Assembly: GCA_010093605.1 (NCBI GenBank)
Contig: MU004183.1
Coordinates: 2,480,001 to 2,544,000, forward strand
From: Lophium mytilinum
Taxonomy: Eukaryota
DNA length: 64,000 bases
Reading direction: 5' to 3'
A program made the position numbers and the translations under genes. Shown piece by piece: positions 1 to 12,279 of the stretch. The first letter of the stretch is position 1. Every line of letters starts with the position of its first letter. The notes beneath the pieces are model-generated. The model had not been told where the DNA came from, did not search any database, and saw nothing but the letters and a program-made list of their open reading frames with translations.

Positions 1-653
1 TGTCGAGTCTTGATTCGCGGGCCTCGGACTCGGGATGCGCGGACGGCCCTCAGAAGGTCAATGAGTTCCTATGCGTTTAGTACAATCTCGATAATGCGTT
101 GAGGGACACTTACACCGCCATCAGCCTTGTCAGAGACGCTCCGTTCTTCGCCTCGAAGACTGTCCATTTTCTTCACCCTCTTCAAGGTAGGCAGATTTGA
201 AGCCTTGCCCTTGCCCTTCTGTCCAGCCTTATCTTCCTTCAAGACCACCTTGACACCGCGAACCAGCCGCCCACCAGAACCAGTCTCAGACCCAGATCCT
301 CCAGCGCCAGAAACAGATTGTGCTTGTGTACGTGCAGCGGCGCGCTCAGAATACGTACCTCGAGATAGAGTCTGTGTAGCTTTCAAGTTGCCGATGTGTG
401 CGCGCCTCCGAAGTCCTCCACGAGTCATCGGCGACAACGGGTCCCTAGTCCTGTTCGAGTCCCACAGTGCCAGCGAGCGCATCTGCGGAATCGGTGATGC
501 GGGGATGATCGATTGGCCGAGCGTCGGTCCTGACAAGTCAGAGTCAGATGCTGAAGTATCCGATCGAGGGGTTTCGTCGTCCTGCCACCATGGTCGCGGG
601 AAGGTCGGGGCGGGCGGAGGAGGGAGGTTCGTGTCAGACATTGCGGCGGTCAT
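1..653 (-). CDS. Hypothetical protein, partial (3' end runs off the left edge)
   Basis: ATG at 653 (or 641) opens the frame MTAAMSDTNLPPPPAP...DKADGG. A GTAAGT...TAG intron at 113..69 leads to ELIDLLRAVRASRVRGPRIKTR, open to the window edge. No domain recognised. Confidence 0.5.
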
Positions 654-1414
654 AGAGGAGGAGCGTGCGTGTGTGTGATATGACGTGGCTGATGAGAGGC
701 GTGTGCTATGCGTGACGGTTGATGCGTGACGGTCGAAGCGTTTTGGCTGTAGCGTGGTGGTCGTTGTGATGAGCGAGCGGGAGCGCTGGCGGAAAGACAA
801 GAATAGTTGGCTCGAGACTTGTGGATAGACAGCCGTGAAGGAGACCGCACACTCTCCGAGCAATGAGCGCTCTGGCGAGTGGAAAGCGGTGTTCTGTACT
901 CGATCGTGCGTGAAGATAGGGCTCGAACGGTGGTGTAAAGGTTCGGAGGTGGAGGATGGTCGGACGGTTTAAGAGGTTGAGCGAGCAGGAGTGAGATGAA
1001 GAAGCGCGCTTAGACGCGCCGCGCTTCGATGTGATGAAGGAAATGGGCGACTGAGTGACGGAGGTGAGAAGGGTGTCGTGTTCACATGAGAGCAGGCGGC
1101 CAGAGACGTTGTTGAGGGTCGAACTAGAGCTCTGCGCTTCTTCACCAATATGTGCAGTAAGAAAAGTGATGATACGAGGCGATCATTGAACTATACGAAC
1201 CATCTTACAGTCAACTGTGCTTGGGGTATTTCAATCATAAGTACCGACTCATCATGCGCTAGACACCTTCGCAATGCCTCTGAAAACGTCCTAATACCCC
1301 CGTGACCCTTGGTCGCCTTGAAGCAAATATGAAAACGCTGTTATTGCCATGTATGCAAACCATAAACTATCGACTTGAAGATGACCTACCGCTATGAGAA
1401 ATCAAAAGCAAACC

Positions 1415-4400
1415 TCAAGGACGATCTTTCGAAAAACTCAACCGCGCAACCTGTTCCACCCGTCCACTGCTGCTTCTCTTGTGGTCTTCGCTTGGCGATG
1501 TTGGAGTTGTTGGAGATGTCAGCTCTAGAGAACGACGAAGACCTAGACCAGCCGTGTTACCTAGGCTTCGGGAGCTGTCAGGGCTCTTTGGTAGACGAGA
1601 GATGTGCATTGATTCGAGCGAATCAGGTTCGCGGGGAGATGCAGAGGCCTTGCGTGGAGAAACACCAAGCCCTCGATGACCCTCAATAGGCGGCGGCGAC
1701 CTCGTTAAGAAGTCCGTGATCTCTGCTTGACTTGTCCCAGAAGTAGAAGCTGCATCACTGTCCTTGTCGCTTGGTTGGCTAGCAGTTCGTCTGTGGCTTT
1801 TCGGTGGCTGGAGTTGGAGGAATTTCTGAATGGCATTTCGGTCGTCACCTTCATCATCGTCGTCGTCGTCAGATGTACCGTCGAAGTAGGAGTCGTCCCA
1901 TACCGTCGAGTCTCTGCTTTTAAGACTCCGATTGGACGCACTATGGGCATATCCACCATCAAGGGAGCCCTTAAGCGGGGCTAATTCATCAGCCACCTCC
2001 CTCATCTCACTGGCCGTTCGCGTGGCTGGGGGTAACAGGTCGCTCTGGCCTTTGACCTCTTCGCCATCTTCTTTCACAGGCTTATCGACACCCTTCGCTC
2101 GGTCAACTGCAGGCTCATTCTCATCGCGGGTGGTTGCAGAGTAAGTATCCGCGAAATGCGTGTCACAAAGGTGCTTGACGACAGGCCAGCCATATGCGTT
2201 GGCGAACATACGCCGTACAATGATGTTGTTATGCGCATCTGGCTCAAGTCTGACGAGGACTTTGCGCCATGATAAGTCCTTGTGATACGCTCTGGCAATC
2301 TTTTCTTCGACTCGCATACCACCGGAGTCGTCTAAACTCTGGTCACTGTTGCCAGATGCGAAGCTTCCTCCGTCACTGGAGAACGACCGAGTCAATCGCC
2401 CAGGACGCTTCACTGGCGGAGGAGGAATATCTTCTGGGTGGTAGACTCTGTCGTGGAATATAGTCCGCGAGCGCGAAGAGGGATCGATGATCCAAGAAGT
2501 GGGGGGCACTGGCGGACTCAAAAGGTCACCAGCGGATTCGAATATGGTGGTCTTCGGCGGCGCACGGAGATCCAAGGGATTGTTCAATATCGAGTCGCCC
2601 CTTGTAGCAGGAGGTCGCTTGCTCTGCTGCTGGCTACTGGTGCTGTTGGTCGTTACCGATTCGGTCTCAGGAGATGTTGTGCCACTAGACTCTTCACCCT
2701 CTCCAATTGCCACGGTCTGACTTCTTCGGAACATCTTGCGGTCTTTACTAGTGTGAGCTCCTGAGGGACGGAGGAAATTGAGAAATGTTGATAGAGTATT
2801 TGTAGATTGTGGGGCGTCTTTCGAACTCATCGCGAGTTCGCTTGGAGCATGTTTCTTCCCATCCAGGAACTGATGCGCCTCAGGCTCAACCATGGTATTC
2901 TGAGATGCATTGTCCTCATTGGTAACGTCTACACCAGGTTGAGGGACGACGTCATCACCCCCGGAGGGTGATTCTCGTCCATCATCGTCATCATCCGAGA
3001 AGCCAACTCTAGATGGATTGGGCGAGGACGTGTTTTGCCCAGTCAGCTGGCCCCATCCCCATCCTGCAACTGTGCCTATCAATCCATTATCTCTCCTAGC
3101 TTTATCAACCTTCTCAAGGCCTCTCCAATCCAGAAACAGCAAGCAGCTGGTTCGCAACGGCACAATGCCATCATTGACTACATTGGAATAGAGTGTCCTG
3201 TTGCGGAACATCCGGAGAACGCGATGGGCCGGTCCCGTAGGCAAAATTCGGAGAAGAGGCTTCGAGCCTGGATCGGGTTGGCGCTGCTCTTTCTGCGCAG
3301 AACTTCCGAGCCCACTAACCATGGCAGTCCAGCCACTGCGTGCAATTGTGGGCGCTCTCCACGTCAAGCCGAGATCCTGACCAGTCCTGCCAACAAGGCC
3401 GAAGTCAAGAGCGAACTTGACATACATGGGGTTTTCGTTGCTTAGGCCGAGGTATGGGGATGCTAACGAGATGAAGTTTACTGGCTCTATAACCTCGAAG
3501 AACGTCGGAGAGTGTTTGTAGATGTATGCAATGGCGTATGTCTGAACGAGTCCTCCAAGAGAGTGGCCAACAAAGCTGATGCTAGTATATCTGTATGCAC
3601 GATCCTCAATCGGGCTCTCTACACGCAAGACACTGCTACCGGCATGTGCTGGGATCCCTTCGTCAGGTCTGGCCTTCGTAGTGGAGAACGTGTTTGAAAG
3701 CTTCTTTCCCGTAGACTTTTTGACGGGCTTGAAAGGCTGGTCTGGGTAGGTGAGTTGAAGTACATATTTCGCGAGGCGTTTCCCTAGGTACTGGATGCCT
3801 CGTTCCGTGCGGATAGCATTGCCATGGAACCCTCTGACGACAACCTCTTCATCATCGCTGTCTTCTTCCTCTTCCATATCTTCCTGGCCGCCTGACAACG
3901 GCGCTGTAGAGGCTTCTGCATTTCCCTGGTTGCTGTCTGATTTGTCTGCGGCTCGTGACTTGGAGTCGGTAGACGACCTCTTCGCTTTACTGGCGCCAGA
4001 CATCCTTCGCTTGATCTTGCTTTCTCTGGCTTCCTTGGCAGAGGCATCAATGCTCTCTTTCAGATACAGCATGTCGGCGCCGGTGTTGCTGTGCAAGCCA
4101 TGTGTGATTATGACAAGATGTATTTTCTTCTGCTTCTTCGTTGTAGAGCGACGCTCCGGTCCTCCAGGGTAGCCTGAATGTTCCCGCGAGCTCCCCGACT
4201 GCTGGCTGTCATCGTCACCATCGTCCCACACGGGTAGTTGAGGTTTGTTCCATAAGGCCTCTGTATCTTCTACAACCAGCTTCACTGCCTTCGAGTATAC
4301 GCCTTTTGGCTGGGCTGAATGATGCGAGTTGTGTTTCCGCTTCGCCGCCTGCTGGTGGTCTTTAACGTGTCCTGGAGCCCCATGGTTGTTCCCCGTCACT

Positions 4401-4940
4401 GCCGAAAAGCCTAAATCCAGCGATCTTTCATCCCTGGCCACCAGAAGTTCGTAGTTTACAGACGCAGAAGTTGAGAACAAAATCTGTGAGGCTATCTCGA
4501 TAATCCATGTTGCGCTCTTGGGTTCCCCGTCTGCAGTACGCTTAAGATTTGTTTTTCCGCCAACCTCACGGATATCCTCGGGCAGGGTGAGCTTCGCACT
4601 CCAAGATCCACCAGCCTTCAGATTCGGCTCGAACTCTGGTATGCCCTCCTTCTTTGGGGATTCGACTTTATGGTTTGGATTGAAGGTAGAGGGGTATGCT
4701 GCAACATGAATCGTGTAGGGGCCATGGAGGTACGCAGCGCGGAGGGGTATAGCGGAACTGTTCTTTATCTTTACGTGGAGGTGGGTGGGAGAAGGGAGAA
4801 TGCGGTCCTCGGAGGGGGTGTATGTAAGAGAATAACTAAAATGATGGTTAATTTTACCTCAAGGACATGGGAGCATTTCGTGATGCTTACCGAATGACCT
4901 CCCCAACTTTCACACTTCCGATCTGGTGGACAAGCAGCAT
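1415..4940 (-). CDS. DUF676 putative serine esterase/lipase (ROG1-like)
   Basis: Exon 1 MLLVHQIGSVKVGEVIR (ATG 4940), intron 4890..4836, then YSLTYTPSEDRIL...LRAAYLHGPY. Carries HLVIITHGLHSN and the lipase motif SFVGHSLGG, followed by a long S/D-rich tail. Confidence 0.88.
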
Positions 4941-6327
4941 CCTACGTGCTTGCTCCTCAGCGGCCAACTGTTCCCTCTTGGACGAGTTTAGCAAGAAGAA
5001 AGACGACTCGGAATGCTTGCGGCCCTCGTCGGGGAGTTGGGCGAGTCCGTAGGAGCGCGCGGTGAGCAACATGAATGCCCAGCTACTAGTGGCGTTCGGT
5101 AAGTGACGGATGCTGTCTGTACCAGACTTCACACATAGCAGCGGCGTTGGATATCTGTCGCCGTTCGTGGAGCGGTGGGATCGCAAGGAGAGACGTGTAA
5201 AGGTATCATAGGAGCGAAGCTGCACTATCAAGACGCGCCGACAACTCACGGTATCTATATCCCTTCATCCAAACAAAGCTTGGCTAGCATCACCGTGCGC
5301 GTGCCTACCTTGACCTCTTCACGCGACCACTTGCTTGAATATTCTAGGCTTCAACAGCAGGCCTGAAAGGCCCTATAAGAGCCTTTCACTGATCTCAGAG
5401 CTAATCATAGGCTTAAATAATGCACATGTGCACAAACTCATTATGCTAGCAAACGTGGAGGTTATGCGCAGGAAGACGAGTCACGTGCCAAGACAAATGC
5501 TCCACCAGATCGAGCGAGCCTTAGATAATTGAAAGCCGATCTAGATTGAAGCTTCTTTCCAGAGAGGCTTCCTGACGAAGAAAACGGTAGAGCACAATGC
5601 TCCTGTTTCAGATAGAGTGACTGCGAACTTGATCGGATTTGATTCTTGCTTATTGGCTAAGTCCTTGAGAACTGAACCGCTACAGTAAAAGAGCAACTAT
5701 ATTCTGTTTATGTAAACCATCCGTAGTCAAGCTGAAACAACTACATATCGATCTGACCGGGGACAGTCCCCTGCTAAAGCGGCTTTCCTGGAGGACTAAT
5801 TTAATTGTGCCATGATGAGATCGCGGGCGCCTCGGATGCCCGCCGCAAAGTGGCTGGGGCCCAACCACCCCAAAATCAACACCCCTCTATAGCTCTTCCC
5901 CCAATTCCATCTGAGGTACCTCTGTGCAGAATCAGCTTCCTCAAACAACTCAACTTCACTTCACACACTCGTTCCAACTCGTTCGCGCTTCTACCCATAG
6001 CCGACGCGCCCGCGCATCAATCGTCATCGCTCCACATCACCGCATCGTGGCATTCCCGGATTGTTCCATCCGACACCACCCATAACTCAACTCTTGTCAC
6101 CGTCGCACAATACGACCTCCAACGACGCTTCTCGACTCGATACTCGGTTTGCTGGAAAATTGTTGCCAGTATCGACACCAACCTCGCATTCCGAAAGCCG
6201 CGTGGCGCAATATACAGGACCTTGCGACCAACTCTACTCTCACATCAGGCGCGAAGCTCATTGAGTGCGACAGCGACAACAAGACAAGCCTCAAAGTCCA
6301 CAACATCATACACACATACCCACAGCA

Positions 6328-7000
6328 ATGGCGCGCACAGTCGTAGGATCAGCAGTCGTGGTGCGGGAGCGGTACTACTGGCCTGACGCCCAGCTAAACA
6401 TCTGGACCATCATCATGTTAGCCACGGCGGGCACGATTCTAGGGATCAATGCACAATTCATGACGCAGCAAAGTCAGCTTCGACAGCCGACACCATGGTA
6501 CGTCCTACCACTTCCAGCCCAGCCGCAACCTTCTTTCGACAGCAACTTACTAATTACTTGCGTTTAGGTTATTCCCATATGGTGTGACAGTTGGATCCCT
6601 CGCCATCGCCTTCATCCTCATCGAACTCATTCTGATCATGCAGCAGCGGCTGCTGCCGGGCATCATGATGCTGCTCTCCTTCATCCTGCTCGTCTTGTTC
6701 GTCACGGGAATCATTGCGACAGCGATACAACTGTTTGGCGGACACAACGTGAACAATCTCTGCCAGAAGTATGTGAACGACATGAAGTTCACAGGACCCA
6801 GCGGGAACACATTAGCGTGGTTGCAGCAGAACAGCATATGTACGTCTCCATCTGCGAGAATGAAACTGGGAGTTTATAAGCTAATTCATGTCATAGGTCA
6901 GAGTTGGAGTGCCGTCTTCGCTTTCTGGATTGTTGGGACGGTGTTCCTGGTGTGGATGATGATTATGGCGAGCCAAGTGAGCCAGAACCAGTATGACTGA
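6328..7000 (+). CDS. Small four-TM membrane protein (MARVEL-like, conserved fungal type)
   Basis: ATG 6328; introns 6498..6567 and 6840..6896; four hydrophobic segments; ends SQVSQNQYD*. Confidence 0.75.
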
Positions 7001-7708
7001 GCGCTGTGTTCCTTGATTATGTTCCTAGTATGGGCAATGGTCTATTCACTTCACTCTTATTTCGGGATTTCGCTGTAAAGTGGTTCTTTCTTTGTTATCG
7101 CTGGAATGATTGATATGGTACATGCGAGCATGGGAGTTATATCATTGGGAGGCGTATATGGACCTGGGCGGAGCTATGAGATGTCGATATGGGTTGTATT
7201 ACGGAGTATGGAGATACCAGAGGGCAAAACGTCTTCAAGCGTGCATTTCCAGAAGTTTATAGAAGTAAAAGACCCTAGGGGAACCGAAGAGCTGTGGTTC
7301 ATGTCAATAGTTTTGGCGGTCGAGGAATGCATATGTTTTCGAAACCCTTCAATGTCTACTCAGAACTCGTGCATGTGCTTCGAATCACGCTTGAACGGAA
7401 CATCTCTACGGAAGAGCAGCAACTTGAACAGATCATCTATACATCAAAAAAACAACTCAATGAACTCCTAAGTCTAATCTATAACTCAACACCACAATCA
7501 CACCGCCTCCACCATCTGAACCCACCCAGCATGCACAACTCACAAACCCCATCCCACAACTCAATTCCCACCAACCCAACCCCAGCCTCCGCGAAGCGCC
7601 ACCCATCGCGCCAATGAACAGCAGATCTCCCCGCACAAACCACACCCTGCACCCGCCTATCACCAACCACCTCCGCCGCAATTTCGCGAACGCCGAGCTG
7701 GCAGGAAT

Positions 7709-7723
7709 CCCATAACAAGTCGA
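7709..7723 (+). repeat. Left terminal inverted repeat (CCCATAACAAGTCGA)
   Basis: 12/15 identical to the reverse complement of 10788..10802 (CCCATAGAAAGTCAA); lies just outside the RIP-affected block. Confidence 0.65.
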
Positions 7724-10700
7724 TTTTTCGTGCAATAATAAAGCACCTGGTCTAGTCTTGCATTAGCGCATAGTTCGAGTCAGCGCTTATAAGGGGCCCC
7801 CTACCAAACTAAGACCTCTAAAGTGCTAACACCTAATGCATAATTATATATACTATAACAATAAAACGTTAATATATTCTATTTTTAAGGCTATTAAGAG
7901 AGTTATTAAGCTATATATTAAGCTATATATTATATAGAATAGTTAGAAATATAGTATATAGGCCTAAGGGCCTATAGGTAGCTACGTATTATTAGAAAAC
8001 TCTATATAGCTAATTTTATATGCTAGTTCTTTATCTATTATACTTATTAGCTGTTAATTCTTTCTTAGTATGCTAAAAGCTCTAAAAGCACTAAAAAATA
8101 CACCTAAAAGGGTACTAAAAGCACTAAAAACTATACTAAAAAAGGGCCCTCTTTATGCCGCACCAGGTGCGCCTATTTCTCTTACCTAGCAGCCGCCTAT
8201 TATTTCTAAGAATTACATTTTAGGGCTAGTTTTTAGTGCTGGAGAGCTATTAAAAAAGCTATTAAATAGCTAGCCGCTAAGGCCCTTAGTAGCTAATAAG
8301 AAAGAGAAGGAGAAGCTTATAGCTTAGGTGTATTAAACTAATAAGTTTACCTCTCTACGTAGGCCTAATAAAGAGAAAGATAATACTACTAAGCTATAAG
8401 AGCCTTCTATACTTATTAAGAACCTGCCTGCCGTTTCTATTAGCTAGAATCTAATGCCTAAAGTTAATAAGATTCTATTAAAAATTATTACTAGCGCCCT
8501 GCCTAAGAGCCTCTAGATAGCTACTATTAAGGCTAAGGAAGTCCTCTACTCTAAGGCCTGCCTGCCGCGCTATCTAAAGTAATTTAGGCCGCCTAAGGCC
8601 CTGGAAGAATAGTAAGAGGATAAAGAAGCTTATCTTAGTAGAGAGAGAGATAAGAACCTTACTAAGTATAGTTCTAGAGGTTATATTTCTAGATAGAACT
8701 TACTATAGCGCATCTTTAGCCTATTATTTACTTTTAAGCTTTTTAAGTACTATATAAAGGCTATAAATATATATATAGATATATAGCTATATACTAGAGT
8801 TATAAATTTAAGTAGCTAGTAGAAAGATATTAAAAAAAAGGCCTAGAAAAAGGTTAGCGCTACTAAGCTAATAATTTAGGTTAGAATTATTATTTATATA
8901 GGCGTATTCCGGCCGCTAAGAATAGAGAATATATAGAACCTAAAGGATAAGCTACTAATATATATAATTACTAGGTATATAAGTTATTATAGGTGGAAGT
9001 AGATTAAAAGATATTTCTATATTTACCTAGTATATTTTTAGAGGTATAAGGCTTATAATATTACCTTACTAGGTAGTAGTACTTAGGCGAGCTTCCTAGC
9101 GTTATAATTAGCTAAGCTTATTTTAAGCTTATATTCTAACTAATTAAAATTATAGAATTAATCTGCATCTAGCGCCGCTAGTATAGCTAAGAAACCGCTA
9201 AGACGCGTATATCTATTTAAAAAGCTTTAATTCTTTATAATAATACTCTAAAATAACTTTTAATACTATATTATACCTGGATCTATAGTCTTAATTAATA
9301 AGATAATAGTGCGCTTTACCGGCTAAAGCTCTTATACTATTAAGATACCTAGAAAACCTATTTCTAAGGGCTATAAAATCTTTTCTCTCTATTAATATAG
9401 CTACTACTACACCTTCTAGTTTACCTCTAGATTTAATAGAGTATATAGCCTCTCTTAGTATACTTAAGCCCTTAATTATACTCTTAACGCTACTAGTAAG
9501 GCTATGTTTAAGCTCTATATATTACTATCTATTTATCTATAGTACTATATTCTTTACTATAATAACTACTTTACTAATATTAATCTCTTTAGCACGCTTA
9601 GGTCTATAGAAATTGCCGCCTACAGCACTATAAGGTCTAATTTAATGCATTATCTAGCTGCGCATAAAGCTATAGATAAAGTAAAGTTATAGCTTTCTTT
9701 TAATTTATTCTCTAGAGTAGTTATATAAGCGCCCGGCGCTAAGAATAAAGTTCTATTAATTATATAGTAAGATAAGAATCTTATAAGATTTCTAACTACA
9801 GCTTATAGCACTTAATTATCTAACTATAATAATATTCTTTATTGCCGCCCGCACGCTTATATAGCGTAATTAAAGAAGATAGTTACTAAGATATAGAGTA
9901 ATAATCCTCTTAAATCTCTATATCTTTCTAAGCTTTTAATTAACTATAATAACTAGATAGGGGGTGTTAATATTTATAATTAGCTGCGTAGCTATTATAA
10001 TACCTAAATTATAGCCTCTTATAACTAGATACTACTATTCTTTTAGGCTCTTAATGCGGCCATTATTAACGCCTATATACTTAGTAAAATCCTCTTCTAT
10101 ATAACTAGAAATGCCTTACTAAACGTGCATAGAAGGTTCTGCATCTAATTAGCGTGGAATTTAGTATAAATCGGGCACCTAAGAATGCAGAAGGACACCT
10201 TCTATTTTAACCTAGTATTAAGGTCCTCTATTATATATAAACTAGGTTAATTCTAGCCTTATTATAAGTAGTACTATTAATCTTATTATTAGCTATATAT
10301 AACTAGGTATATAGTACTACTAGCTACACGCCTATAAGGCTATAGGCACGTAATTAAGAGGTTCTATTACATAAAAATATTACTTTCTAACTACTACTTT
10401 TACCGCTAGATTAAGGCTATAATAAAATCTAGCTTATAGAGGAGGTCCTTAAGAACTATATTTAGATATAAGGCATACCTTACGCCTTTCTATAGGAAGT
10501 GCATAGAGCCCTATTATAAGCCGCTGCCGCACAAGGTTTAGATAGAAAGACTGTAGAAAATAGAAAGGCTGCGGCAGCCTACCTATTTTAAGCCTACTCT
10601 AGCCTTAATACTATAAAAAATAAGCTATATATAATTTTTTAAAGATTCTTAATACATTAAGTATAACTTTATAAGTAGCTATTGTTAGTTTTAGTGGTAA

Positions 10701-10787
10701 ATGCTAATAAACGAGAAATCCAGCCCCCTTGCACGGTGCTACGTCGTATCAGGTTTACTGCTTACGCGCACGAGCCGACGCTAGCAC

Positions 10788-10802
10788 TTGACTTTCTATG
10801 GG
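10788..10802 (-). repeat. Right terminal inverted repeat (TTGACTTTCTATGGG)
   Basis: Partner of 7709..7723; followed by AT, the same dinucleotide that precedes the left TIR. Confidence 0.65.
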
Positions 10803-12279
10803 ATCCCATTTCCTGCTCTGAAGACGCTTCGAGTGTTTGCCCCTGATCCACCGAACACACAACCCACCTCTTCACGAATTCTAGATACGTAGCTAGAGCA
10901 AAGGAGCCTCAAGACTAAACGCAACTTCAAAAGGCAGAAAAGTGTTTGAAACAGCTCCATCGACCATCCAAACCCTCTCACCGACCGCGGTCCGCCCTCC
11001 GGAGCAATCTCCAGCCTGGTCCTGCGACCACCGCAAGGATGCACCGCCCAGGCCCGGAGACAGCGCCTCCAACCGCCACTGGAGACATGCATAAAAATAC
11101 GTTACCATACACCTCTGACCACGTAAGCGCCGCTACGCCGCAACCGTCCCCAGCACCTCAGCCAATCACCACCCACGGCGCTGACCTGACACGAAAAAAC
11201 CCTGGCCAACGCGCCCGGACGCGCCGAGGCGCGTATGTAAGTGGGAGGGGGGGACGATTCTGAAAATAGAGGTGGCGGGTTGAGGGGGCAGCTGAGAGAG
11301 CTGCAGCCGTGAGGGGAAGAAGCAAAGCAAGTTGTCAATCAGCTGATGATAATGCCGATTCTTCCGGCTGTTAATTGTCTACCTTTCTCGCTGCTCCATT
11401 CCTGTGCTGAAGGGAGTGAGGGCGACGTCGCACGCAGCCGTTATGTCGCAACACGTGCCCGCGCACCAGCGCGAAACCGGACTCTCCACCGCGGTGGCGT
11501 CAGTCGTCATCGCGCCATGATCCTGCGCACTCGGCTATCTTGAATCATGATGTGATTTATAGAATCTCTTGATTTCTCGAGTTGCTGAGGGCTAGAGCCC
11601 AGAAGAGCTTCGAGCTCGGCTGTGGCCGGCTCGCTACCTGAAAAGCATATTCCCCCGTATCTACTTGATCCTGTGATCCAATCCTCCTTGAACAGATAGT
11701 TGCCGTACAGAAATACATAATTTGTGGAATGAGAAAACAGGGTTGTGTGGTTTGGGGGCGAGACATGCGTTGTGCATTGCGGGTGAAGCGCTTCGCTAAA
11801 GCCACCCTAGCAGCGGACAGAACTTGGAAATAGGACAGGGGGAAAGGAGAATGGCAAACAAATAGCCGCCGGTGGTATCTGGCTTCAGGCGGAGCCGACT
11901 GGATGCGTGTGTCCGGTGTCGCCCTAAAGTGATTAAGATGGAGCGTTGGAAGACGGCCCCGGGTCGCTGGTGGAAACAAAAAAAGCCCAACAGTATCGCT
12001 GAATCAAGGGTGTGAGAGGACCCAACTCCGGTGCTGGAATATCAAAAACAAAAGTCGTCCCAAGTGTATTAAGCAAACGCCGTTGCTATGAGGGTTAAGG
12101 ACAGCAAGAAGGTTACATGATGGAAAGGGCCGTGCGGGCGTGGGTTGCTGGACTGGCAGCATAATCTGGAATGTCCAGTGTCGTGTCGAAGTCATTAGTC
12201 GTGCGCCTCAAGCGCTGAGGGTAGGGGCAATCGTATGTGGGCATCTCCACGATGGAAACATATCCTGTCTGCATGTTGT

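Larger units (their letters stand above)
7709..10802 (+). mobile_element. RIP-inactivated piggyBac-family DNA transposon (about 3.1 kb)
   Basis: Abrupt AT-rich, TpA-saturated block. Reversing C>T/G>A changes restores piggyBac DDD motifs in one frame: VDEMMVRFTGRS..KMPGKPISEGYKI (9291-9380), LYCDNYFT (9552), YNNWMGGVDI.DQLR (9942), WxxLFFWALDAAIxNAY, and a C-terminal Cys-rich domain RTIFRCKACLTPFCRKC..YH (10452). Imperfect 15-bp TIRs at both ends. Confidence 0.9.

Noticed and set aside
5365..5387. Hairpin GAAAGGC-N9-GCCTTTC, and a palindrome near 20027-20040
   Set aside because: Short inverted repeats expected by chance; no MITE-like TSD or second copy seen.
7760..7790. GTTCGAGTC B-box/tRNA-like motif
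   Set aside because: No cloverleaf or A-box; it lies inside the transposon end. No tRNA, rRNA or CRISPR array was recognised anywhere in the window.
7707..10809. 7-bp direct repeat ATCCCAT (7707-7713 and 10803-10809) as the TSD
   Set aside because: It would remove the CCC terminus of the left TIR and leave unmatched ends; kept only as an alternative to test with other copies.
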